From Azolla caroliniana (lineage: Eukaryota; Plantae; Polypodiophyta), in assembly GCA_043228905.1 (NCBI GenBank), contig JBHGNT010000018.1, positions 9,734,001 to 9,798,000 on the forward strand: DNA of 64,000 bases, read 5' to 3'. Position 1 is the first letter of the stretch. Every line of letters starts with the position of its first letter. The position numbers were made by a program, and so were the translations under genes. Of the stretch, positions 23,701 through 35,802 are shown one piece after another. The notes beneath the pieces were generated by a model. That model ran no database searches. It was given only the letters and a program-made list of their open reading frames with translations, and was not told where the DNA came from.

Positions 23701-24039
23701 CCGACATGATTCCAACGGCCAATTCACCTCCGTGCATGTTGCCCATATCAAGCCCTATACTACCCCAAGCTTATCTTCTAGCACCCCTCCTTTCCCCATG
23801 TCGTAAAACTCCTTGTTTTTCTCAGGGGGGAAATGTGGTGTCCCTTTCATGCGAGTGCATGCCTCTTAACACACCGCCCTTTTAGCACACCACCCTTTTT
23901 AGCCCACCCTTTTAGCACACCCTTTTGGGACGCATGTAGCTAGGCCGACCCAAAATGGGTACCTTTGTATCTCTATAAATTGAACGATAAGTAAGAAGCG
24001 AGGCAAGCTGGTTTGGTTTCCTTTTATGTGCATTTCACA
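20732..24039 (+). mobile_element. Decayed Ty3/Gypsy element 'D' (PR-RT-RH-INT, PPT, short putative 3' LTR ~23834-24039)
   Basis: ILLDSGSS protease; FRFCIDFRPLN and YLDD RT; LQTDAS RNase H; YHPQTN and WIGPF integrase; PPT AGGGGGGAAA at 23824-23833; no chromodomain. Confidence 0.85.
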
Positions 24040-24818
24040 ATATGTTTAGATATACTTATGGGCTATACTATTCATGATCACTCCATATAACTTGAATAAA
24101 ATTTAGGTACCACGTTCCTCTTTCAAAGCTAAAAATTTCGCAAGTCATTGTCTAGATGGCACACAACAATTATAATTTATCTTCGTATTTATAGCTTTTT
24201 GTTCACCTCCTCCACCCCCCCAATTGCATTCAAAACAAAAACGGTTTGTGGAAAAAAGTTAGTACCTTCATTTGAAAAGGTTTTGTTTTCAAGATTTTCT
24301 CAAATTTGGTAGTTTCTTTACCTTCAACTTTAAAATTAAAGGTCATTTTTTGACATTTTGCTCTCTCATCATCCTTTTATTTGTTCCATTGTATCAAACG
24401 GAAGACAATTCAACACATTATGTTTTTTATACGTAAACCGTGCCTTGTAATTTTTTAAAGAAGTGAATTGGGCAATTAGTTTATTACTAAAATATCTTCC
24501 ACATTTTAGGGTTTCTAGCTCTATATTAAGAAGAAGGTTCTTTTGATATAATGGCTACAATGTGCATGATGATATGCCATTTATAGGAACTCATGTAACA
24601 CCAACTATGATCTCAAGTTTCAAATGAGATCGAAATAAGTTCAAACGATTGACGATGAACAAGTGAATTTTCAAACAGAGAAATAATGGTGCAAATTTCT
24701 AATAATCTTTTATAGGAGAATATGTTAAATAAGCACGACATTACATGCTAAATGAGAATTTGGAAGATCATGCTTATACATAACCTACGAAAGTTTAGTT
24801 GTCCTTTCCAAATTGATG

Positions 24819-25018
24819 TAATACATTGATGCATTTATTTACTTCAAGCATTAACATACAAATGTTCTTGGAGTAGTCACAAAGCCTTGGCTTTGCAACA
24901 TGATCCAGCGCAATACATTGTTCATAATACATTGATGCATTTATTTACTTCAAGCTTTAACATACAAATGTTCTTGGAGTAGTCACAAAGCCTTGGCTTT
25001 GCAACATGATCCAGCGCA
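24819..25018. repeat. Near-perfect ~94-bp direct tandem duplication
   Basis: 24819-24912 is repeated at 24925-25018 (TAATACATTGATGC...GATCCAGCGCA). Confidence 0.9.
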
Positions 25019-26250
25019 TTCGTCGGTCTCCATCACAAGATAAGTTGAAAGGGATCACAAAAAAGTGATGGAAAAAACAAAGTTTCAATTTTTTAATGGG
25101 GTTTGGAAATTTTGCCTTCTTAATTGGTCCAATCTTCTTCTCACGCATGATATAATAGGAAATGGTGAGAGAGGTCATACACTTACAGAAATTTAATAGG
25201 GTATAGTTGTCAAATTATGTTCCATTTGTTTTACGATTTCCCTAACTAGTGTGTTCAAATAATGAACCGATGTTCATGGTGTATGAATAAGGAGACACAA
25301 TTCTCGACAGTGATTTAAACTTGGAAGTTTGTGAAAATGATAGAAACACGTATGCTTGACGTTTTCGAAATTATCATGATATGCATGGTAAGAATTTTTA
25401 TTTAAATTAAAGTCGAACAACATATGTATTGGATAAATGATTCTCTCTCTAGTTATGTATCTCTTGTAGGGCAACAAACACCTTCTCCGTCTAAATTAGG
25501 CCTTATTCTAGCATACGTATTATAATCCCCAAAGGTTGTGTTACGATGACATCTACTTCTTGATATTGAGATGCAAACATGTCAACTCGAGTCTCAAAAG
25601 AAGTCCACTTGAGCCATATGCACACACAAACCTTAGACACACTTAATATTCATTGTAATTTGCAACAACTTCATATTGTCATATAATCGTATTTATCAAC
25701 ACTTGAAGGCCTTCATATTATTAGCCCATGTCTTCTAACTGTAAATACCCATTTATTGACATAAATTCTCAAGCCTTGGATGCTCCTTACATTGGGCGCA
25801 ACTACTCGATCCATAAATATACCTTACACTACTGGTGCACCCTGATTCATCCTTACATGACCTTATGATCACACAACCACTTGATGCTAGGACATCGTTA
25901 TAATGACACACATAACCGAAGTCTAGAAGCCCACACATAGTATCACAACGAATCAATTTAGGAGACATGTTAAATTTTTTTTGCACATATATGCTCCGTG
26001 CAAACAAAGATGCATAGGTGATACCGGGATATGGCGATTAACGTGTTTTTGTAGCATATGGGAAGACATCAGGTTTAGGATTGAAAACACAAGATTTGTC
26101 TTGGGTGGGTGGATGCACACACCTGGAGAAAGGATCCAATGAATGAACGTATGAATGTGTGTATGTGTGTGTGTGTGTGTGTGTGTGGGATGGCCATGGC
26201 ATGGGATACCCTACTCCCCCACCCCAAAACCCAACCCATGGAAATGGTGT

Positions 26251-26311
<61 letters not shown>

Positions 26312-26315
<4 letters not shown>

Positions 26316-26599
26316 CTTTGGCAACTGACAGAAGCTTTTAACTTCACCCCATCCATCTGTGTCCATCTACTCTGCTCTTCTCTTCTCTCCTCTACTACTA
26401 CTCTGCTAGGGCTTTGGTGCTTTTTTCTTTCTTTCACAGGTAGCTCTCTCTCTCTCTCTCTCTCTCTCTGACTCTTTGGCAACTGACAGAAGCTTTTAAC
26501 TTCACCCCATCCATCTGTGTCCATCTACTCTGCTCTTCTCTTCTCTCCTCTACTACTACTCTGCTAGGGCTTTGGTGCTTTTTTCTTTCTTTCACAGGT

Positions 26600-26601
<2 letters not shown>
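26312..26601. repeat. Identical 132-bp duplication bracketed by (CT)n microsatellites upstream of the AT-hook gene
   Basis: 26312-26443 equals 26470-26601; CT tracts on all sides. Confidence 0.92.
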
Positions 26602-26635
<34 letters not shown>

Positions 26636-26881
26636 GTAGTGCTTGTTCCATGACTAGATCTTGAGACATACTGAGAAACAGAGAGGCAGAGAGGGAGTGT
26701 GTGTGTGTGTGTGTTTGTCGAAGCCTTTGTAAGAAAGGTAGAGTATCAGACAGATTGCATACAACCGCTGCTGCTACTACTGCAACTACTTCTACGCTGT
26801 ATACACTTGATTCACATATGCTGTTCCGCTGGAGTAAATTATATATGTAGAGAGAGGGAGGGAGAGACAGAGACAGAGGAG

Positions 26882-28117
26882 ATGGAGCAGAGCCATGGTG
26901 GTGGTGATGAAGTGATCCCCGTGAAGAAGAAGAGGGGGAGGCCAAGGAAAGTAGTAGTTGAGAAGACAAGCGCAGATGTAGTGGTGGGAGCAGAAGGGGC
27001 AGGAGCAGGAGGAGCAGGAGCAGGGGAGCCAAAACAACGCAGAGGAGGAAGGGTAGCAGCAGCAGGAGGAGGAGGAGGGTCATTAGCTGCTGCTGCAAGT
27101 AGTAGTACAACAGTAGTAGTGGTAGGCAGAGGAAGGAGAAAGAGAGGGACCAAATTCACGAGGAAGAAGAGAAGCTACAATACTGCTGCTACTCCTAAGC
27201 CTAACAATAGTAACAACAGCAGCAGCAGAGCAGAGGCCCCAATTTCTGAAAAAGAAGAGAAATCCCCTGTTCCCACTAATAATCCTAATACTGCAAAGGC
27301 TGTTAATACTGCCACTAATTCTGGCAGTGGTAATAATGGTGTAATTAGGGTAGGCCAAGTGGTGAGTGGTGTTGTGGATGGCTCATTTGATGCAGGCTTC
27401 CTTGTGACTGTTAGGGTAGGGGACCCTAACTCTGACTCCTCTTCTGCTGCTGCTGCTCATGGCAATATCTTCAGAGGGGTTGTGTTTGGGCCTGGCATGC
27501 CATTGCCCCTCAACCGAGAGATTGACGTTGCCCCTAAGATGAAGAGGACCAAGAGATCATCACGTGCACTGGCAGCTGCAGGCATCGGCCTCCCCGCCCA
27601 TGCCCATGCCCATGCTCATGCCCATGCCTGCCAAACCCTAACCTCTGCCCCTGCTCCTGCCCCTGCCCCTGCACCTGCCCCTCTTCATCGCCATTCTCCT
27701 TCTCCCTCAGCCTCTTGGATCCCTACTCCTTCTGAGCCTGACCATGATGATACGCCTCCTCAAGGATCCGGCAGCAGCAGCAGCAGCCATGGGTATCGGA
27801 ACGATCCTCTTGTTTCCGGCATGGCCGCTGCTGCCGCATTTCTGCGATCCCCTCCTTTCAATGCTGCCGCCATGGCCGGGAGTATGAGAAACAGCAACTT
27901 CTTCTTCCCCCCTAACCCTAACCCTAACCCTAACCCTAATCCTAACCCTAGTCCTAACCCTAACCATAACCATAACCCTTCCTCAGATTACTACCCTCGT
28001 CCTCCTCCTCCTCCTCGAGGTTACTCTCCTTTTCCTTACCAATTTCCAAGGTCGGATTTCACGGCATCCCCATCATCGTCAATGCCACCTCCTCCACGAG
28101 CGCATCGCCCCGCCTGA
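26882..28117 (+). CDS. AT-hook motif protein, METABOLIC NETWORK MODULATOR 1 (MNM1)-like family, ~411 aa, single coding exon
   Basis: MEQSHGGG...KKKRGRPRK AT-hook; conserved block VGQVVSGVVDGSFDAGFLVTVRVG...FRGVVFGPG; low-complexity HA, PA and PN tails. ATG at 26882 chosen over the upstream non-ATG ORF start. Confidence 0.8.
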   Translation: MEQSHGGGDEVIPVKKKRGRPRKVVVEKTSADVVVGAEGAGAGGAGAGEPKQRRGGRVAAAGGGGGSLAAAASSSTTVVVVGRGRRKRGTKFTRKKRSYNTAATPKPNNSNNSSSRAEAPISEKEEKSPVPTNNPNTAKAVNTATNSGSGNNGVIRVGQVVSGVVDGSFDAGFLVTVRVGDPNSDSSSAAAAHGNIFRGVVFGPGMPLPLNREIDVAPKMKRTKRSSRALAAAGIGLPAHAHAHAHAHACQTLTSAPAPAPAPAPAPLHRHSPSPSASWIPTPSEPDHDDTPPQGSGSSSSSHGYRNDPLVSGMAAAAAFLRSPPFNAAAMAGSMRNSNFFFPPNPNPNPNPNPNPSPNPNHNHNPSSDYYPRPPPPPRGYSPFPYQFPRSDFTASPSSSMPPPPRAHRPA

Positions 28118-31100
28118 TTCCATTTTAACAGGAATTTTGGTTAACTCCGGTGTAGGGTCCTCCCCGCCGAAACACCGTGCTTGTTGCTCTGACCTTACAG
28201 TTACTACTTTCTCCATGTTCCGAGACATCATCTTCTGAGCTGAGCTGAGCTGAGCTGAACCGAACCTAAACCGAACGACTTTAGTGCCCATCCCATATAA
28301 TGTAAATGGTCCCTCCATCTCTGCTAGGAGTCTCTTTCTTCCCAAAGGCAATACTACTATCCATGATTGTTGTTCATTTGTTTTTTGGCTCTCATATTCT
28401 CCATTTCTATCACTAACCAAATCCCTTTTGTGTTATAAATGCTCTCACACTCAGTTTGTCAGGAGGAATGAATGCATCCATTCCTTTTCAACTTCTCTAT
28501 TGCTTAAGAGTTTAGAAAGACTTGCTTTTTCTTGTGTTTTTTTAGGGGGCCATGCTTTAGTTGAAAATGTGTGTGCTTTCTATAACTTATTCAAGTTGGT
28601 TTTATATGTACGAAAACATTCGAGAGAGTTGTATAATCATATAGTTTGCGAATTAGGTTATGAATATATGAGAATGGGCTATGGCTTTTACAGAGCAATT
28701 GAACCTCCACATGCATTTCATTTGAAACAAACTTTGTGAGCTTTTGTGTAATTCGTTGCACAATTCATCTTTGATCCCATGGGCAGGAACTTTGGAACCT
28801 AGATAATAAAAAAAGGAAGAAAATTCTTGGGAAGCATTTACGCAAAGCTTCCATAGAAGGTATCGTAGCTCTAGGTAAAATTCATTTGTTTTCGAATGCC
28901 GATAGGAATGTCTTCAAGAGTATGAACATGTAATGTTATAGGAAATAGTTTGTGCTTTTAGTTGTTCCATGTGTTTGATACCTAGCACTTGGAGGCCTTG
29001 GGAAGTTTTGGTGATCTCATGTAGCTAGGAAATTTTGTCCAATGGGGTAGGCAGACCTCTTCATCTACCAGTTAGGGTAAGAGTTGGTACGATTGTATCC
29101 TTGATCTTTTTTGTACACCCCACTACAAAAAGATGTCTTTATTAAAATCTTTACCCATGTAGAAGTAATGGTATTGCAAAGAAGGATCCACTTGTGATGG
29201 TACTATCGTAACCATGTTCACAATCAAATTTGACTAAAGATACCATCATATTTATCATAATTCAAAGTTAAGCAACTTCACTTCTATTTAGAAATTTCTG
29301 TCCATACTAGTGCCAAGTTCATCTGTTTTGCAAATCAAGTCTTGTGTCAAAGTTTCAAATTGTGATAAGAGATGATGAATCATGAGCGTTTTTTTAGATT
29401 TTTGTTTGGAAAATAGAAATAAACCTAAGTGGTAGTAATTTATCCTTTTATTGCTCAAAGGTGTAAGGTTACTATCCCAAATTAGAGATTCCAAACCCTA
29501 ATCCTTGTTAATTTGGTTTGATTTGACTTCTATTTTCAGTTGTCATACTGGTAACTATAACCTGAATTGAACTACAAGACTTTTTTATCGAACAAAGCCT
29601 TTCGTGTTAACTTGTTGATGTAGAGTTGATACAACCTCAACTTGATGAAATTGTTCTCCACCACACTACACATTGGAAAAGATAGAGAGAGAGCGCTAGA
29701 ACTTGCGAACCCAACACGCATTGTTGTCTACAAATTCAAATCAAATAATTAGATCACTCAGTTATTTCATCTACTTATCACTGCGCACGTTAAACATCAT
29801 GACTTTGGTTGAGGGAGTTTAGAATTTTTTAAAGAAAAAGGAGCCTTATTTTAGAAAATAGAGATATTGCCGGGTATATTCTTATTAATAAATGTTTAAG
29901 TATTACAACATTGCCATAAAGGGAGCCATTACCTTTCTTTCTTTTGATGTGTTGTCAAAGGAAACTCACCAAAGGATTGCCATATAAGGGAGACCATTAT
30001 CTTTTCTTGTGTGATGTCAAAGAAAAATCACCAAATTTAGGAGTCTTGACTTTGACCAAACAATTTTAGATGCATATTACACAAAAAAAAATCCCTATTT
30101 AAAAAAGACAAAGATTTTGAGAAAAATATTTGTTCGTAATATTCAAATAAGGTCGATTTAGCTTTGAAATCTTCAAAAAACTTAATAATGTCTCTCTCAA
30201 ATGTGAAAAAACCATTCAATTATACCAACCAACTAAAATATTGCATGGCCTTCAACAATTGTATTCGTTTTCTATTTTGATTATTGGACCTTCTAATCTC
30301 AATTAATATTTTCGATCAGCTATAAAACATGTTGGAAACCCTAACATTAAATTCTATTGTTTGCATTCAAAATATATTTGGTCATGGGTGATGTTGCATT
30401 CAAAATATATTTGGTCATGGGTGGCATCTCCCTGTACTACATTTACACATCACATTAGGATCATGTGTGATATCTCTTGTACCAACAACATGGTGAAACT
30501 GTAAGTGTTTCCCCAACCTTTCAATGAGAGATCGCGTAGATGGTTAAAGTCGAAGTTAATGTCATTTTCTAGGATCGTGGGTAGTTTTTCTCTATACCAA
30601 CAATCTCTTGAAAACTTCAAATATTTGTCCCTTCCAGCAATATCAATAGGTCATCTAATCCTCAATTGTACCCTATGCACCATGAGTGCTCTTTGTGGAT
30701 GGCTAAACTTGAAGAAACTATGTGGAGATCTCCATGGTAACCTTTAGTGTATGAGAGAAGGTACCAACAAACACACACAACTAGTATTGATAATGGAAAT
30801 ATATGCCTTCTTGGGCAAACTCTTAGAAATGACTTACAATCTGATGTTCTAGAAGGAAGTCTCCAATAGATACCCGAATTTTGATATAGAAACTTATAGT
30901 TGAAACTTGTAAAGTTGGAGGCTGGTTTCTTGCGTTACCTTGGCAGTGAAAGAAACAAAAGCTCATGGAATGGGAGGATGTGTCACATTTCTGTAATAAC
31001 GATCCAAAAAAGTTCCTCAAGTATTTCCAAAATTCATTGTTCTAGAGAATGAAGAGTAGCACCTATTGTTCATAACATTTCCCAATCTACACTATCTTGG

Positions 31101-31340
31101 TATTGGAAAAAAGCGACGAAATATCATTAGGATATCTTTCTCTTACACAACAATATTTATCATTTTTTTGAATCTTTAAGAATTTATCAATACCTTGATA
31201 GATCCATTGGCCTAAGTTGTTGAACTAACTCATTGGCAAGGATTTGGACCACTCCTTGATAAAGAGGAGAGTTCAGGTTTTGACCATGTCCAAGAGCTTA
31301 ACAATTCATTAGCAAACAAAATGGATAAGACTTTGGTCAT

Positions 31341-31810
31341 TGTTAGAGTTATGTTCTAAAGTAAGCATAGGATGAGGATGTAAAGATAAATATATAAGAA
31401 AGGAGAGAGAGAAAGAAGGGTGTCGATCCACCCGACCACCCCCGAGCGAATGGATCGAGACGGACTTGAGCCTCGATCGGCGTCCCATACCACCATCGTG
31501 GCGTTGAGTCGTACCTGGTGTTAGTGCACTTGCTACAAGAGTTCACCCACCACAAGAACAGAGTCTCGACGTAGTCAAGAGATGATGAAATGAGGGTAGC
31601 TAGGCCTCATATTTATAGCCAGACCTAAGGCTCTCAGACAAGTTCACACTTGGCCTAATGGGTTGTCTCAATCTCAAGAATTAAAACTAATCCTCCCCTT
31701 CTTTACACTCTCGTTTAACCCTCACAAATTATTCACGTGCATAGAATACTATGGTACATTCTCACCACGGGATATTATATGGTCATGCCTGTAACAATCA
31801 TTCTCTAACA
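31341..31810 (-). repeat. Possible solo LTR
   Basis: 8-bp inverted termini TGTTAGAG...CTCTAACA and a TATA on the minus strand near 31610; no matching TSD. Confidence 0.35.
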
Positions 31811-32393
31811 AACACCATGATCAACAAACATGTAGTTCGATACAGAGGATGGTTAGAGGTTTGACCATATCCAAGATTTGATTATTCCTGGACAAAACAT
31901 AATGGCGTAGCAGTTCCAAGTCACAAATCAACAGAAATGAGGAGAAGATCAAAAGATTCCCTAGCAAATGGACTAACCAATGATTTCGGGGAGTCATTGT
32001 TGATAAACATAATGGCCGACAATTAGCTAGACCTTTCATACATCGACAAGCTGACAATGGCCAAAGTGTGAGAGTAGTACAACCACGCCTGCAACGGATA
32101 TGCAAAACGAGTTCAATCAAATCAATCTCATCGAGAGTGTGAGGAACTGACCTCATCGATAGACACGCAACGAGCATGCAAGAGTTTATTGGACCCGCTC
32201 GATTGACGCATATATCCAATGCAAAGGGCCGAGAGAGAGAATTTGTTTGGCAGCTTGTTGGTACTGAGATGGGCGGACATATAGAGGGACGGTGGAGCTT
32301 TCTTCCATTCATTATTTGCTTTTACTTGGAGAACCACCCCTTCTTTCCTTCCTTCCTTCCTTCCTTCCTTCACAAACCACTAAACTCAAGAAT

Positions 32394-32434
<41 letters not shown>

Positions 32435-32487
32435 GACATACATACATACAAACTGATACACCCATCAAACTGGTTGGTGACTAAGCC

Positions 32488-35400
32488 ATGGCTGCCTTCT
32501 CCTTCCAAGTCCCACCTCTGCACTCTTCCTTATCCTCACGGTTACAACACTTCTCACCCATTATAACCTGCGAATCGATCACCAGACCAAACCTTATTCT
32601 TCAGGAAAAAGAAGCAGAATCATTGGGAAGAAGAAACTTACTAGCTGTTGGTTTAAACATGCTCTGTTTGTCGATCTCTGCAACTTCAGCAGGTAAGTTT
32701 GGGTGATTGAATCTTTATCCATGTAATACGAAGAGAAACATCTGAGTAGTAGGTCTTCAATTCAGTTCCTCCACTGGCAGTTGCAGATAGTTTTAATTCT
32801 TAATGTATGCTGCTTCATGGCAAAAGAGGGTTCCTGATTGGAGTTTTAGCTATTTTTTTTCTCAAGAATTTGCATTGCCATTGTTTCTTTACTGTCTACA
32901 ATCATCCAAGTGGTTACAAAACATGCTGAAACATGTTCTTTACAAAGGATATTCAGGATATTCAGGATTCTGGTTTCCTCAGAACTGGATAAGATTTTGA
33001 GGTTTAGGGTTTGTTTTTTGTCCAGATTGACAATAACATGTTTCCTTAACTATCATCACCGAAGTTGTCATATAACGTGATAAAAGGGGTTTCTTGATGT
33101 GTCAAAACATGTTTACAAATATGGGGAATGAAATTCTCAGTGGAAATTCGGGGTTTGTTTTTGACTCAAAATGTTGTATGCCTCCTGTTTCATTGCTCAG
33201 TGGTTAGGGAACATGTGCAATGAGTTTTTGATGAAGATTTAGGGTTCCTTTTTGTCAGGATTGCATGGCGCATGCTTCATACAAATTGTCCTTATCCAAG
33301 TAGTTAGGGAAGACATTAAAAGAGGTACACGAAGGGGATTTAGGGGTTTCTGTTGCTCGCAAATTAGCAGTAAACGTGTTTCTTCACTATCTATTATCAT
33401 CCACATGGTTATAAAACATGCCAAAACATGTTTTCAATGAAGACATAAGGTGTTATTTTTTTCTTGGAATTGCATGACACCTATTTGGTCACTATCTACA
33501 TTGTGAACCTGGTTAGAAAAATTTCCAATTTTTTTTTTCTCCTGGAGATTTGGTTTTTATTTTATGATTCAAAATTGCATTTGAATATGTTTCATTATTA
33601 TCTATCATCGCTTAAGTGACTAGCAAAATATGTTGCAGAATTTAGGCCTTTGTGGCTGTTGTGACCTTAGATATTCTTCAAGGGTTCTTTTTGCTGAAAG
33701 TTGAACTCATCATATTTTATCACTATTGACCGCTTCCAATTGGTTCTTGATTTACTTCATGATCAATGTTTATGATTAATCAACAGACATGCATTGGTGA
33801 TAATCTATTTGCACTAGCTTATGTTCACTGTGTACCGTTCACCCATGAACCATGTTTCATCACTATTGATGGTTATCCTTGGCCCATGAACTGCACATTT
33901 TCATCGTTGTCAATTCTTTATATTTAAGAAACATTTTTCATCATCAATTAATATTGTAAAGTTGACCCATTAGCCGTTTAAGCTGTTAAACTGATACACT
34001 TTTTTTTACAAGGTTAAGTTGTTTAAGCCATTTGAGACTCGTTTTCCTGCTTGTTAAACAATAAACTGTTAAACCAATACAATGTCAAATCGAACTGTTA
34101 AACTCCCCTAGCCAAATAAAACCGACTTATTGGGAACTTAACCAAATTGTGTCAAACCATGCTGTTAAGCCATGATTTCATGGTTTGGTTTTGGCTCAAA
34201 CTGAACTGTTGCCAATTACTACCTATGTCCACGATAATGGAACCATCATAATTGCCATTATATGCCACTTTCTATCATTCACCCAAGTAATTTGTATGTA
34301 ATCATTGTTGTGTATGTGTCCCTCCTCATGGGAGAAGGTTCGGCCGAAAGCCAACTAAGGGCCGTAATGGCCAAGAGCCGGCTAACGGCTAAGAGCCGTT
34401 TAAAGATCGGCTAAGGGGCCAAAAGTGTAAATTATGTATACTTATGCATAAACGTGTATGTATATGTACACACATATATATATGCACAAAGGACGTGTAT
34501 TAGTGTAGTGTAGCAATATAGACAGGAAAATGAAGACGAAGAGAACAAGGCAGAGTTAAGATGAGACTCTGCAAAGATTTTCGGGCTTTGTTTGTGCCGT
34601 TAAGAAGTGTGCATCTGAAGGTTGGATTGTGGTTCCACGCTTCCCCAAAAATCAGGTTCTACCATCCTGGTTTTCTTTACTGTTTCTGTGTGTTTCTGTC
34701 CATTGAGTGTGATGAAGATTGCTGTGCAAAGGGTGTGTCCTTTGAGATTTTGGTATTCCCCTAGTGATCTAGGGAGGTTATAAGTGTCTCTACACTCTTT
34801 GTTATAGGGAATTTTGGCACCTTGAAGGTCCTGTGGTTTTTCCCTTATTGGGTTTTCCATGTAAAATGTTGTGTGTCTCCGTTTTACATTCCGTATTTTT
34901 CTTCTTGTCGTTTTGAATCATATTCCCGAGTGGCCTGTTGTAGCTAACTGGCCGGCCGACTCCGACTCCGACCCCAAACACATCAAACTGGTATCAGAGC
35001 TAGGTTTCAATGGACGGGAAAAATAACATGTTTCAGGGGATGATTATACTTAACTCCAATAATTATTCTGATTGGAAAATTAAGATGGAGGACCTCTTGA
35101 TAGTGAGAGACCTGTATGAGCCAATAGATAGAAGGGAAATACCAACAGGGGCAATAGAATCTGAGTGGAGAATCCTTAATAGAAAGGCTGTAGCAACCAT
35201 AAGACAATTTGTAGATGTGAGCATACTCCAACATGTTGTCACGGACATGACAACAGTCATGTCAAGATTTGAACTCTTGACCTCTTGTATTATAGTCAAG
35301 TGTTATGTTCTAACCAACACATCCAAATACATGGTCATGTTATGTATATCTTAGTAGATTATTAGTAGATTATCTATTTGAAGTTTTAGGAGTTTTTAGA

Positions 35401-35733
35401 AAGTTCTAGAACTAGAACATTTTAGAGGGTTCTAGAATATTCTCCAGAATATTCTAATGCATGTTTTCAACTCACAATATAAATACTTGTAACCTCCTTG
35501 GTCCCATTCAAGGGATTCAACACTAGTCATTGACACATTAATCTAGTATTCTCGTTTCATTCCATTTTGTCTCCTTCTTTATCTCTGTCTTCATGCTCTC
35601 CATAGTTTCCTAAGGTTAGGAGGACCTTGTAAGGGTTAGGACTGATGTCAATATGGCTAAGGAATACTCAGGATTCACCCTAGTATAGGCCCTTTAGATG
35701 CGATAGTGGAGCTATGGTAGAAAAGATAGATTG

Positions 35734-35802
<69 letters not shown>

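Noticed and set aside
26699-26881. N-terminal extension of the 472-aa ORF
   Set aside because: Starts at a non-ATG codon in a GT microsatellite; more likely 5' UTR or intron
25000-31300. Faint hAT-like (25750-26000, minus) and gag-like (SWEAFTQSFHRRY near 28825) traces
   Set aside because: Too degraded to delimit or support without a database search
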